A stretch of 64,000 nucleotides of DNA from Candidatus Omnitrophota bacterium. Lineage in GTDB: Bacteria > Omnitrophota > Gorgyraeia > JABMRN01 > RBG-13-46-9. The first letter of the stretch is position 1; each line of letters begins with the position of its first letter. This document shows positions 30,101 through 38,536 of the stretch, in pieces. The stretch spans positions 32,001-96,000 of the forward strand of contig JABMQJ010000020.1 in the NCBI GenBank assembly GCA_013203315.1, read 5' to 3'. The notes below the pieces were generated by a model. It was not told the origin of the DNA. It was given only the letters and a program-made list of their open reading frames with translations, and did no database searches. A program made the position numbers and the translations under genes.

Positions 30101-33100
30101 GGTTCAATTTTACCCAGTTCATGATCCGGGTGAAACCTTGTAATCGCAAGGATTACCCCGACATAATGCGTGTTATTGATTACAATTTCATAGCGCTCCC
30201 ATTGTTTGTGCTCTCCTCTTTCTGGTTTGAAAAATGTGTCTATAGCCTGCTCTGCTGATGCCTGTTTTGGAATCTTTATTTCGACAAGCCATTCTTCAGT
30301 TTTTCCTGTTTCATTTTCTCTGCTTATGACCATGTCTGCTTTTACGCTTGTCCTACTACTATCTAAGGGTCTTTTTGGATCACCAATGTCGACACGTACA
30401 GTTTTCTCAAATTCTTCTACGCGCGCTCCCGTATTTTCTAAGGCCGATGCAACCTTTAAAATATCCCTTAACTGCCTTCTATTTAATTTGTTGAAGCCTT
30501 TTATGCGCTGGTATCTATCAATAAGCGCTTGCATTTCTGCATCTACCGCCTCCGCCGATTCCCGATCCGCGGGTTGACCTGTCTCGGTATGCACCTCATC
30601 GACCGGCTCTCCTCTAAGCGCTCTCACGAATTGTTTTAAATCAGATTTAGGGTGTTTTTTGGAGAAGGAGAGGGCTAGATTTAATGCATCATCAAGCACT
30701 ACAAGCCCCGTAACTACAATGGCTATTACTTTTGTATATAAAGGTGCCGCGAATAAAGGCATTTCAAAAAATAGGTCATGTGTTAAGAAGAGTGTTAGAA
30801 GCACTTGTATAAGCGTAATCGCATAAGGCGCTATTGCTACTAATGCCGGGTGCTTGAAGCTTTCTCCCTTTGTTGCTTTGTATACACCTTCGTTAAAATC
30901 GATTTCTCCTCTAAATCGATCAACCATTGCGTGCCTTGCTTCATGCCATGTCATTTGAAGCCAGGCAAGGAGTTTTCCTATAACCGGTATCTTCTGCCAG
31001 AAGCCACGGGTTAGGGTGGGTACTTCGCCCTCTGCCTCCGGTGCGGCGGAGTTTTTGAAAATAAAGTATATTCCTTCGGCAAATATAACGCCTGCGTCAT
31101 TCTCAATTTCTTTTGATATTCTTTCTCTTTCAGAATCTTGCCATTCAGTTGGGCCTGCAGAAAATCTAAGCATAATCACGCCATCCGGTAAAACCACTTT
31201 CCTGGCTATGTCCCGTATTCTTTTCATTCTCAGCTCAGTACTATATTCATAGCTGAAAATGCCGGTTGCTCTTAGTAAGCAAATTGAATTTGAAGGAATG
31301 TGCTCGCCAATCTCTTCGGCATCGATGTTGTATACGCTCACACGCTCTCTTAATTCAGGAAACATGTTCCATACATAATTGCCTTCTTCAATGATGGCTT
31401 CTTGAGAATAATTCACAAGGTGGTACCGGGAGGCGTTGGGACATTGTTCTGCTATTTCATAGAACTCTGCTCCTGTGAAACCTAAAATAACTATTTCCCT
31501 GTCTCGCGTAAATTCATCCAGGTTGATGCCTGCGCTATTTAAAATGTTATTCTCTCTTTCTACAAACATGGGGAATGTGATACTTGGATAGAGCGGCTCG
31601 GATCCTCCGCGCAATGGCGTAACGAGAAGTTTTCTCCAGCCATCGTTATCCCACTTGAGACCTTCGGGTGGAAGATATTTTTCTAGCATGTCATCGGTTA
31701 CAATAGCTACTTTTCTACGCAATCTTTCTCTTACTCTTGCCAATTCTTTTTCGTTTTCAGGTGTGGTGGGTTGCGGTTCTCCTGTTCGTGCCTCACCTGT
31801 TCTCATTCTGAAGAACGCGCGGTGGAAGTCGGAGCGGGAATTGAATGGGTTTAGATTTGCGATTTCTAAGATAAGGAAGGGGGACATTATTGCAGTAATG
31901 GTTGTCCATATGATTAGTGGGTCTATACCGAAGGAATGCATTATAAGGCCGGTAATAAGAGACGGGATACCACCTACGCCAAGCACCCCAAGAGGGCCTG
32001 CCAAAGTTACGAGCCTCGGGTGCCTGAAACCAGCCCCATGCTTAAGTTCTTCTTTTAGTTGTTCAACTGTATAATTTCGGTAATCACGGTAATCAAAGCC
32101 CATTAAGAAAGTCCTATATTCTCCACTGAGTCCCTCTACATTGCGCACGGCCCTGGTAAGGTCTCCCTTGTCCATTCCTTCGGTAATAGGAATATTATCG
32201 ATGATGAATGCATCTCTGGTTAGATATTTACCGCCTATGACATAACCGTCTTCATCGCGTAATACAATCACCTCTCCGTCTCCTCTTCCTGTTATCCAGT
32301 CCATAAACCAGTGACTGTTCTCATGTATACGAACTATTCTCTCTGCTAAGCGGTTACTTATGCGGTGGCTTATGAAGCGCAGCATGGCATTGGGTAGGGT
32401 GTGGACAGCGGCGGGGGAAGGCTTATCGGATCCGCCAAGAAGTTCTTTAATACTTTCGGGGATTTCTATTTCAATATCTGGTTTTTGAATGTCGTTCGGG
32501 ATTTTAGGCTTACCGTAGAACCTAACCTCTTCAGCGTCAGACCTCTGGGCTACACCTAGACATTGGCCGAGGTTATCATATAGATAGCCTTTTCTTATTT
32601 CTAATGTACTGCCTATTGAAGGTACGCTAGAATCTGTATCTGTGACCCTATATTTATTTCTTGAGTCTTTTATGTATTCAAGTGTGCACTGTCCGGTTAT
32701 GTTCTTAGAATCATCTAAGATTGCCACTGTTCCACAAATGTCTTTGTCATATATACCAACATTATCAGATTCTTGCGTACTATGTGACTTGCCGTCTATT
32801 TCTACATTATCAGCAAAATATTTTCTAAAAACATGCAATTCGAACAACCTAGGAGTTGACTTGGTAATTTCGTCTATATTAAGTGCGACACCAAGCGTAG
32901 AGAGCCAGTACAAGCATGTTTGGCTAATACCTTTATTTTGATGCGCCTCCCAGACAGGCGAACCAAATGGTCCAATAGGATAATATTGACGTAGTTCTAT
33001 CTTCTTAGCGCGGGAATTGTCCAATCCAATCTTAAAGCTGAACCGGCCTACAGGCTGTGCTTCACCCCTAATCGACACAGAGGCCCACACAAGCGCATGT

Positions 33101-35205
33101 GGATCGTCTCCAATTTTGCAGTCAACATCATAATCAATTATTACATCCGGGCCGCCCATGATATTTGGTATAACTTGCGTATGCGATTCATGCTGTAGCC
33201 CCCCTCTATCTATCGAAGCTGACTTATACTCTGCTAGCGCAACTTCTACTGCTTCTAGTTTGTCCTGCGCTTCCGCTAAGTTAATAGGCGTGAGTTCGTG
33301 CCCGGGGTCGGCAATTTCGGGTTCGGCTTTTACATATTCGTTATCACTGTCTCGCATAAAGCGTTCCCTTCTTACGAGGCGGCCGGTTTCGTCTTTAAAC
33401 TCCAGCACAAAGTCTTTACCCGCATCGGTTGTGCGTCTTAGGATTACAGCAAGCCTACTTATGTCGGGTTCGTTTGCGGATACGCCCATTTCACTGAACA
33501 TGCTCTGTATGGCGAGGGCGCGTGTGGATATAGCATCTCTTATGATCTCTTCTTCCTTTATGAGGCCGCCGCTTAAGAGCTTAAAGTATGGACGGTTCTT
33601 GCGTTTCTTAAATTTAGGCAGGATGCCTATGTAAGAGTAGCCTTTTTTCGCGAGGAGTTTTTCCAAGTTCTTTCCGTGGAAACCGCCTGTTACTATAATT
33701 GCGGCCTGCGGTCGCGGTGGCGTCTGGCGAATCGTTGGACGTTTTGTGTCGGGCGGTTTTTTAAATGCTAATTCGATATTCTTTAGGAACGCATGGTCGC
33801 GTTTGAAGGCAATTTTATAGAATTTCTCGGTCTTTTCCCTGTACGAGTCAAGGCGCTTAATGTCGTCGGGTAAGTTGGCGTTTATTTTATACTTAGGCGA
33901 TTCGCGCGTTATAAAGGATGAAAAATGTTTCGTATTTAGAGAGCTTTTGTTTTTAACGTAATAGTCGTAGTCACCTCTTGTGATGGAAGCCTTAAATAGG
34001 TCTTTTAAGATTGAGAGGCCTTTTGAAAGTGCGTAGAGTTCTTTTTGTGTGTCGTTACCGAAGAGGCTCTCGGCGATTTCCGCTTCGAGTGTCTCGATTT
34101 CGTCAAATAAGGCTTGCTTATCCAGAGATTTAAATTTATCAACATACTTTTTATACTTGAAAAGTTCGGGGCATTTTTCACTCACATTGATATATGCGGG
34201 CTTTGCCTTTTTAAATAGATACGCGTAAAACTCGGCTGAATCAATGTTACCCTGTTTGAACGCGAGAGACTTCCTGACAAGAGTTTCTATTTCAGTTTTC
34301 GATAGCCTTTTAGACAAACTGTCTATAAGATTATTTCTTTCGGAATTGGTAGTTTTTAAATCTATATCTTTTTCAAGTGTCGCAAGTTGGATAAAGTTAG
34401 AAAAGTTTTCGTATTTTGTTATATCAATCCCGGATTTTTGAGCAGTTTCCGCAAGAGACGCGAGATATTTATGCAACTCCGATTTCCCACCTGTGAAGGC
34501 GCGCTTTTCGTTCTCGAACTCTTTGAGACTGCTTGAGTAGATATCACGCTTTAGATTATTTAAATAATGTTCAAGCGTTTTTAATATCTCTTCGCGGTGG
34601 GTTTTATATTGCAGGCTTTCTCTGTAGGCGCTAAGGTCAGCGAAGTATAGCTTCGGATCTTCAAGGCCCTTCAAGGTTATTTTTTCAGGGTTCATTATGC
34701 CGAATAATTCAGCGCCGGTTACCCTTCCTTCTTTTACGAAATAATCGGCTAGTTTTCCCCTCGAGGTTTTATCCTTGATATCCGTAAAGACAGAGAGGTC
34801 ATAGTTTCCGGCGCCACCTTCCAGAAACGCTAAGTCCACGTCGTATTCGGTGTTTAAATAATTTATTATCGACTCTATGGATTTCTGGCAACCGTAATCG
34901 CAGTGTGAGTCCTGGATGTGGATAATAGTGCGGTTTGTAGTGGCAGTAACGCCAGGTGAACTGGAAGCGTTCACATGACCTAAGGAAGGCGGGAGGGTGA
35001 AGGTTTCAGGGTTTAGGGTGCCCGGGCCACCGGTCCTGTTAGAGCTGACGCGAGTAAGCTCTAAAGGCTTTTTGGCGGCCCAGGCAAAGTCTAACGGAAG
35101 TGATGTAATAAAAAAGGCAATCGCTGTAATTAAAGCGACTGCCCTAATTGGTCCTTTATGTCGTAATAGATTATTATTATGTCGTTTTTGTCTCGCGTCT
35201 TCCAT
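27136..35205 (-). CDS. Giant (2689 aa) modular polyvalent protein with N-terminal signal peptide
   Basis: Uninterrupted 8.07-kb ORF with a signal-like segment (ALITAIAFFITSLPLDFAWA). N-domain has IHIQDSH...LEGG...RD...TGGFH. Internal motifs: HENSH and HEARH with TM helices, FEFGSGDG, ADMV...VEIK, EMVFNIIMHG...DEGPG...GYG. Confidence 0.85.
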   Translation of the reverse strand: MEDARQKRHNNNLLRHKGPIRAVALITAIAFFITSLPLDFAWAAKKPLELTRVSSNRTGGPGTLNPETFTLPPSLGHVNASSSPGVTATTNRTIIHIQDSHCDYGCQKSIESIINYLNTEYDVDLAFLEGGAGNYDLSVFTDIKDKTSRGKLADYFVKEGRVTGAELFGIMNPEKITLKGLEDPKLYFADLSAYRESLQYKTHREEILKTLEHYLNNLKRDIYSSSLKEFENEKRAFTGGKSELHKYLASLAETAQKSGIDITKYENFSNFIQLATLEKDIDLKTTNSERNNLIDSLSKRLSKTEIETLVRKSLAFKQGNIDSAEFYAYLFKKAKPAYINVSEKCPELFKYKKYVDKFKSLDKQALFDEIETLEAEIAESLFGNDTQKELYALSKGLSILKDLFKASITRGDYDYYVKNKSSLNTKHFSSFITRESPKYKINANLPDDIKRLDSYREKTEKFYKIAFKRDHAFLKNIELAFKKPPDTKRPTIRQTPPRPQAAIIVTGGFHGKNLEKLLAKKGYSYIGILPKFKKRKNRPYFKLLSGGLIKEEEIIRDAISTRALAIQSMFSEMGVSANEPDISRLAVILRRTTDAGKDFVLEFKDETGRLVRRERFMRDSDNEYVKAEPEIADPGHELTPINLAEAQDKLEAVEVALAEYKSASIDRGGLQHESHTQVIPNIMGGPDVIIDYDVDCKIGDDPHALVWASVSIRGEAQPVGRFSFKIGLDNSRAKKIELRQYYPIGPFGSPVWEAHQNKGISQTCLYWLSTLGVALNIDEITKSTPRLFELHVFRKYFADNVEIDGKSHSTQESDNVGIYDKDICGTVAILDDSKNITGQCTLEYIKDSRNKYRVTDTDSSVPSIGSTLEIRKGYLYDNLGQCLGVAQRSDAEEVRFYGKPKIPNDIQKPDIEIEIPESIKELLGGSDKPSPAAVHTLPNAMLRFISHRISNRLAERIVRIHENSHWFMDWITGRGDGEVIVLRDEDGYVIGGKYLTRDAFIIDNIPITEGMDKGDLTRAVRNVEGLSGEYRTFLMGFDYRDYRNYTVEQLKEELKHGAGFRHPRLVTLAGPLGVLGVGGIPSLITGLIMHSFGIDPLIIWTTITAIMSPFLILEIANLNPFNSRSDFHRAFFRMRTGEARTGEPQPTTPENEKELARVRERLRRKVAIVTDDMLEKYLPPEGLKWDNDGWRKLLVTPLRGGSEPLYPSITFPMFVERENNILNSAGINLDEFTRDREIVILGFTGAEFYEIAEQCPNASRYHLVNYSQEAIIEEGNYVWNMFPELRERVSVYNIDAEEIGEHIPSNSICLLRATGIFSYEYSTELRMKRIRDIARKVVLPDGVIMLRFSAGPTEWQDSERERISKEIENDAGVIFAEGIYFIFKNSAAPEAEGEVPTLTRGFWQKIPVIGKLLAWLQMTWHEARHAMVDRFRGEIDFNEGVYKATKGESFKHPALVAIAPYAITLIQVLLTLFLTHDLFFEMPLFAAPLYTKVIAIVVTGLVVLDDALNLALSFSKKHPKSDLKQFVRALRGEPVDEVHTETGQPADRESAEAVDAEMQALIDRYQRIKGFNKLNRRQLRDILKVASALENTGARVEEFEKTVRVDIGDPKRPLDSSRTSVKADMVISRENETGKTEEWLVEIKIPKQASAEQAIDTFFKPERGEHKQWERYEIVINNTHYVGVILAITRFHPDHELGKIEPIEEKEGFHSFFTVEGTTEYSPGEIKPDEAAPRELAAAQDYYAQLPADRRDLLDTFMQNYPEDPVLRNIVAAVMLDRADGGIERDEAIQAISVHLGESNTARAEALLTQLRSAGILSMAKKPEPTPLDAGGPAFTWHFTEEADRERAILQGTAFVDALDEFLNTINLGIYNKDITDACGEMVFNIIMHGGGGNIEVRYTEDAGGSKKLEVIGIDEGPGMENPDALLQESINTDKTHRAWLDDGTIQRPDEGYGLRIIVIFPDNVTIETRGERWVKRGKCLRFGEYSLEIVEEIESTLRLERVDAPDPVVEKGTRITLTWEKKEEGEVGLPDREASAPEPSQPAVRESAEPTLPPQGGGRSDLTEHAQDAATSAENLVQHVIGNPYPHIIVTIVDALWMSPTDMADPSQPARGDMHKLKKFGRLLMSNRAISDDLKQAFEDRYGALTSEALKRGDYVQKTPMVDQSETVQKRVKRCIYDLYIELYLKLGWAQEIPGTNNVTIDELTNVKYGKFQITFNEIFDELAEFAEIKNGTKVFEFGSGDGSTAYKMASYGASVDGMEVEESLFLVSNSVRQWFLNMIARNFDGTLDPEVASNLTEVVNRVHFEHKDIFNANVDFSEYDIVYLYYPEPDQNKQEFLDQLNAIMSHPERGLREDAKLVILRQGSDNAIPLQGLEIIDSKTVPITLSKYIEACTFYKYQRKKATTPGPPEFAVKQAPVEESPRVDTGDYGFAPKMVTPPMDREHLEETIKQGQKAVEAVGMIPPCTVVVAVKSESDKFSVLSECNSFANRLKTSGNRMAKWMNIENESGPIKFLVYVDDGTTSDENMARMDKVVTDIEGIKAANPQETVFTWILKDDRRKDASEYQARLASLRELGAHIAALQGEYVPAVPQMQIGLLMAKLIDFKKQGNGDEGSISATVNAIIESINRLTRKNYDSLKAELQLADIEKLSELLNGSFVLVLPDIELEDADTAMSDFRRCESQTMSSL
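29057..30577. repeat. 27-bp direct repeat in inter-domain linkers of the giant gene (29057-29083 and 30551-30577)
   Basis: TCCGCCGATTCCCGA[A/T]CCGCGGGTTGA, 26/27 identical; encodes QPA(V/D)RESAE. Confidence 0.85.
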
Positions 35206-35220
35206 TTTGTCTCGCGTCTT
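35186..35220. repeat. 16-bp direct repeat at the giant-gene start codon
   Basis: TTTTGTCTCGCGTCTT at 35186-35201 and 35205-35220. The core CTCGCGTCT recurs at 35325-35333. Confidence 0.8.
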
Positions 35221-35250
35221 TCGGTTTAAGTTATTAAACCTTTAAACAAA

Positions 35251-35326
35251 CTGGTGAAAAAAAATACCGGCTAACGCCGGTTATACCCCTCCGGTAAAAA
35301 AATACTGGCTAACGCCAGTAACCCCT
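35251..35326 (-). terminator. Tandem duplicated intrinsic-terminator-like hairpins
   Basis: Minus strand: AGGGGT-TACTGGC-GTTA-GCCAGTA-T7 and AGGGGT-ATA-ACCGGC-GTTA-GCCGGT-A-T8. The two stems differ by a compensatory base-pair change. Confidence 0.8.
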
Positions 35327-35377
35327 CGCGTCTAATACTATTAACACGTAATAATGTATATTATTTCAGTATAACAG

Positions 35378-38300
35378 CTATCTTTTTGATAACTTAACGA
35401 GAAGGGTGGGGACTACCTCTTTTATGCGTTCAAAGGTCGTGTAGATGGCCGGAACAAGGAGCAGGGTTAGCGGTGTAGCGACAAGCAGGCCCCCGATTAC
35501 GGTTATTGCAAGCGGGTTCCAGAGGTTTGCGCCTTCGGATTTATCCAGGGCCATGGGTAAAAGCCCCATCACGGTTGTCGCGGTTGTCATGACTACGGGC
35601 CTTAGCCTGTCGTGCGCTGCCTGGATTACTACGTGGAATAAGCTTTTATTTTTCTTTCTTAAGAAATTTATGTGGTCAACTAGAATGATACCGTTATTGA
35701 CAACGATACCCGCAAGCATCATCATGCCTATGAGAGCGCCCATGCCGATAGCGGTTTTTGTAACATAAAGAGCCAGGATCGCCCCTATAGAGGCAAGAAG
35801 CACTGTCCCCATAATGATAAGCGGCTGATAGTAGGACTCAAAAAGCGAGGCCAGGACTATAAAAATTAAGGCTAAAATTACCCAAATAATAAGGCCGAAT
35901 TCTTTCTGGGTCTTAACCATGGAAGGGTAATTGCCCCCAAGTCTATAAAAGTAATTTTCGGGAAATTTCATGTCTTCAAGGGCCTCTTTTATTTTCTCGG
36001 CGGCCTTGCTTAAGGGTATCTCCCCGATATTGGTGCTAACCTGAATCATACGCGAGCGGTCCTTCCGCCATATTTCACTCGGGCCCAGGCCGTATTCGAA
36101 ATCCGCTATCTGGTCCAGAAACACTTTCTTGCCGTCTTCTGTAACCATTACAAGTTTGTGTACGTCCTTAAACGTTTTTCTATACCGCTCTTCGAGTCTG
36201 CCGATCATCTCGACTTCTTTCGATTCCGTGTGGAAAAGCGTGGCCCGAAGCCCCCGCATCTGGGCGTGAACTATCGTGGATATGTCGCTAACAGACATGT
36301 CGTATTGCGCCGCTTTATTTTTATCGACTTTCAAACCGAGTTCCGGCCTTCCTTCCCTCATGCGTATTTTTGTGTCCGTAAATCTCGGGATCGAGCCAAG
36401 CTTCGTAGCAATTGAGATAGCGAGTTCGCGCAATATGTCATAGTCATATCCGAAAAGGTCCAGAATAATTTCTTTGGTACCGACTTCTTGTTCTTCTTCA
36501 AAATATATAAAAGCGGGTTTGATCTTCGCGACCTTGGGCCTTAAGTCGTCTATGATTTCCGTAATGGCTTTTTTTCGCTGGTCCAGGGGTAGGAGTTCGA
36601 CATAAACTTTGCTGGACCACGGTTCGACTCTCGCGTTAAAGAGCTTTATTTCCGGTATGTCTTTTAATAAATTTTCCACTTTTTTTACGGTCTCGTTGCT
36701 TATATCAAGCTTGGTTCCCGTCGGTAATTCAACGAAAATCGTAAATTTATTCTGCTCCGTGGTACCTATAAATTCTTTTCCCATGCGCGTCGCCAAAAAC
36801 AAACACGCGATGAAGGCTGCAATTACTATGGCAAATACTATAAATCGCTTTTTGAGAATAAATATGAGCGCTTTCTTTTGCAGGTTATATAATGGGCCGA
36901 GCAAGTCCGTTGTACTTTTTGTTATTTTTATCCGCGAGGATAATAGAGGAACTATTGTAAGCGCCACGAAAAAAGAAATTCCTAGTGAAAATATAACGGT
37001 CCAGGCCACGCCCCTGTAAAGTAGCCCCATTTCTTTACCGGCAAATAATATCGGGAAAAATACTATTATGGTGGTGAGGGTGGAGGCCCAGATTACAAGA
37101 AACATTTCATATGCGCCGTCGATTGCGGCTTGTACCTGTTTTTTTCCTTGTTCGATTTTAGTCAGTATATGTTCAAAGACCACTATGGAGTTATCGACAA
37201 GCATCCCTACCCCGAGGGCCAGTCCTGACATGGTGATAAAATTTATGCTTAGCTTGTATAGCTCCATCAATCCGAACGTAATTATTATCGAGATGGGAAT
37301 GGAAGCAGCGACAATCATTATGGGGCGCAGCTCTTGCCTTATCAAGAAAATTACGACAGAGACCAGTAGCATAACATATAATGCCTTTATCGGCATAAAC
37401 ATTACCCCAATAATGGCAATGGCAATAAATATAGAATATTTCTTTTTAATTCTGCCAAGGAAAAAAGCCAAAATGAACATTATGAGAACAGCGCCTTTAA
37501 GAAGTGAGTTTTTTAAATTATCTATGGATTTTTTTATAAAATCGGCCTGGTTGCTCGTGACGATAATTTTTATGTCATCCGGCATGATCTCTCTTATTCT
37601 CTCCACCTCTTTCATGAGGCCTTCTACGATCTGGATGGTGTTACCGGTGGATTCTTTCTGAATGTAAAGCGAAACCACGGGCCTTATATTTATTCTTGCG
37701 TAACCCTTTGGCTCCAAATGCGAATCCCTGACCTCCGCCACATCCCCTAATCTTACTATGGAGCCATCGGGTGTAGTGGAAACGCCTATTTTTTTAATGT
37801 CCTCTATGGATTCGAATTCACCTATGGTTCTTATCAGGTATTTATTCTTTTCTTGTTTTATCTCGCCCGATAATAAATTCAGATTATTGGTGCCGAGCAT
37901 ACTTATTATCCTCTGTATGGGTAATGAGTATTTCGCGAGGGCCCGCTGGTCAACCTCTACCAGTATTTTCCTTTCCCGTCCGCCGCCTACCTCGACATTC
38001 GCGACGCCCGATATCCTTTTTACGCGCTCCTTGACTACTTCGTCTACAATCTTGCGTATCCCCTCGGTAGTTCGCCTTAAAGACGTTACAGCGAGAATTA
38101 GTATCGGAACATCCGAACGTTTAAATTGCGCTATTACGGGTTTCTCGGCCGATTCCGGAAGTTTATTTTTGACTCGCGCGAATTTTTCTCTCACATCAAG
38201 CGCCACAAAGTCCATGTTTATGCCGGGTTCGAAACTCAAAACGATAGTAGCTTCTCCTTCTTTGGAAATGGAAAGCATTTCTTCCAGGTGGCTTACAGTA

Positions 38301-38518
38301 CTTACGGCTTCCTCTATGGGCTTGGTAACCATTGATTCTACTTCCGTAGGCGGAATACCCCCTCTTATCTGGACAATAATACTGATCTCGCCGAAAGATA
38401 TGTTGGGATGGAGTTCAACTGGGAGCCTGGTGAGTGATATGAGCCCTATCAGGATAAGGGCGATAAAACACATTGCCGTCGCAACGGGCCTTTTTATGGC
38501 AAGTTCGGGTAAGTTCAT
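35378..38518 (-). CDS. RND efflux permease subunit (AcrB/AcrD/AcrF family)
   Basis: AIKRPVAT, GMLVDNSIVV, GIVVNNGIILVD, RLRPVVMTT; 1046 aa. Confidence 0.93.
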   Translation of the reverse strand: MNLPELAIKRPVATAMCFIALILIGLISLTRLPVELHPNISFGEISIIVQIRGGIPPTEVESMVTKPIEEAVSTVSHLEEMLSISKEGEATIVLSFEPGINMDFVALDVREKFARVKNKLPESAEKPVIAQFKRSDVPILILAVTSLRRTTEGIRKIVDEVVKERVKRISGVANVEVGGGRERKILVEVDQRALAKYSLPIQRIISMLGTNNLNLLSGEIKQEKNKYLIRTIGEFESIEDIKKIGVSTTPDGSIVRLGDVAEVRDSHLEPKGYARINIRPVVSLYIQKESTGNTIQIVEGLMKEVERIREIMPDDIKIIVTSNQADFIKKSIDNLKNSLLKGAVLIMFILAFFLGRIKKKYSIFIAIAIIGVMFMPIKALYVMLLVSVVIFLIRQELRPIMIVAASIPISIIITFGLMELYKLSINFITMSGLALGVGMLVDNSIVVFEHILTKIEQGKKQVQAAIDGAYEMFLVIWASTLTTIIVFFPILFAGKEMGLLYRGVAWTVIFSLGISFFVALTIVPLLSSRIKITKSTTDLLGPLYNLQKKALIFILKKRFIVFAIVIAAFIACLFLATRMGKEFIGTTEQNKFTIFVELPTGTKLDISNETVKKVENLLKDIPEIKLFNARVEPWSSKVYVELLPLDQRKKAITEIIDDLRPKVAKIKPAFIYFEEEQEVGTKEIILDLFGYDYDILRELAISIATKLGSIPRFTDTKIRMREGRPELGLKVDKNKAAQYDMSVSDISTIVHAQMRGLRATLFHTESKEVEMIGRLEERYRKTFKDVHKLVMVTEDGKKVFLDQIADFEYGLGPSEIWRKDRSRMIQVSTNIGEIPLSKAAEKIKEALEDMKFPENYFYRLGGNYPSMVKTQKEFGLIIWVILALIFIVLASLFESYYQPLIIMGTVLLASIGAILALYVTKTAIGMGALIGMMMLAGIVVNNGIILVDHINFLRKKNKSLFHVVIQAAHDRLRPVVMTTATTVMGLLPMALDKSEGANLWNPLAITVIGGLLVATPLTLLLVPAIYTTFERIKEVVPTLLVKLSKR

Positions 38519-38536
38519 AGCGTTATGGTGTCAAAT

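Noticed and set aside
35186-35340. Possible mini-CRISPR array in the giant-gene leader
   Set aside because: There are only two adjacent units with no unique spacers and no cas genes in the window. Hairpin plus U-tract fits terminators better.
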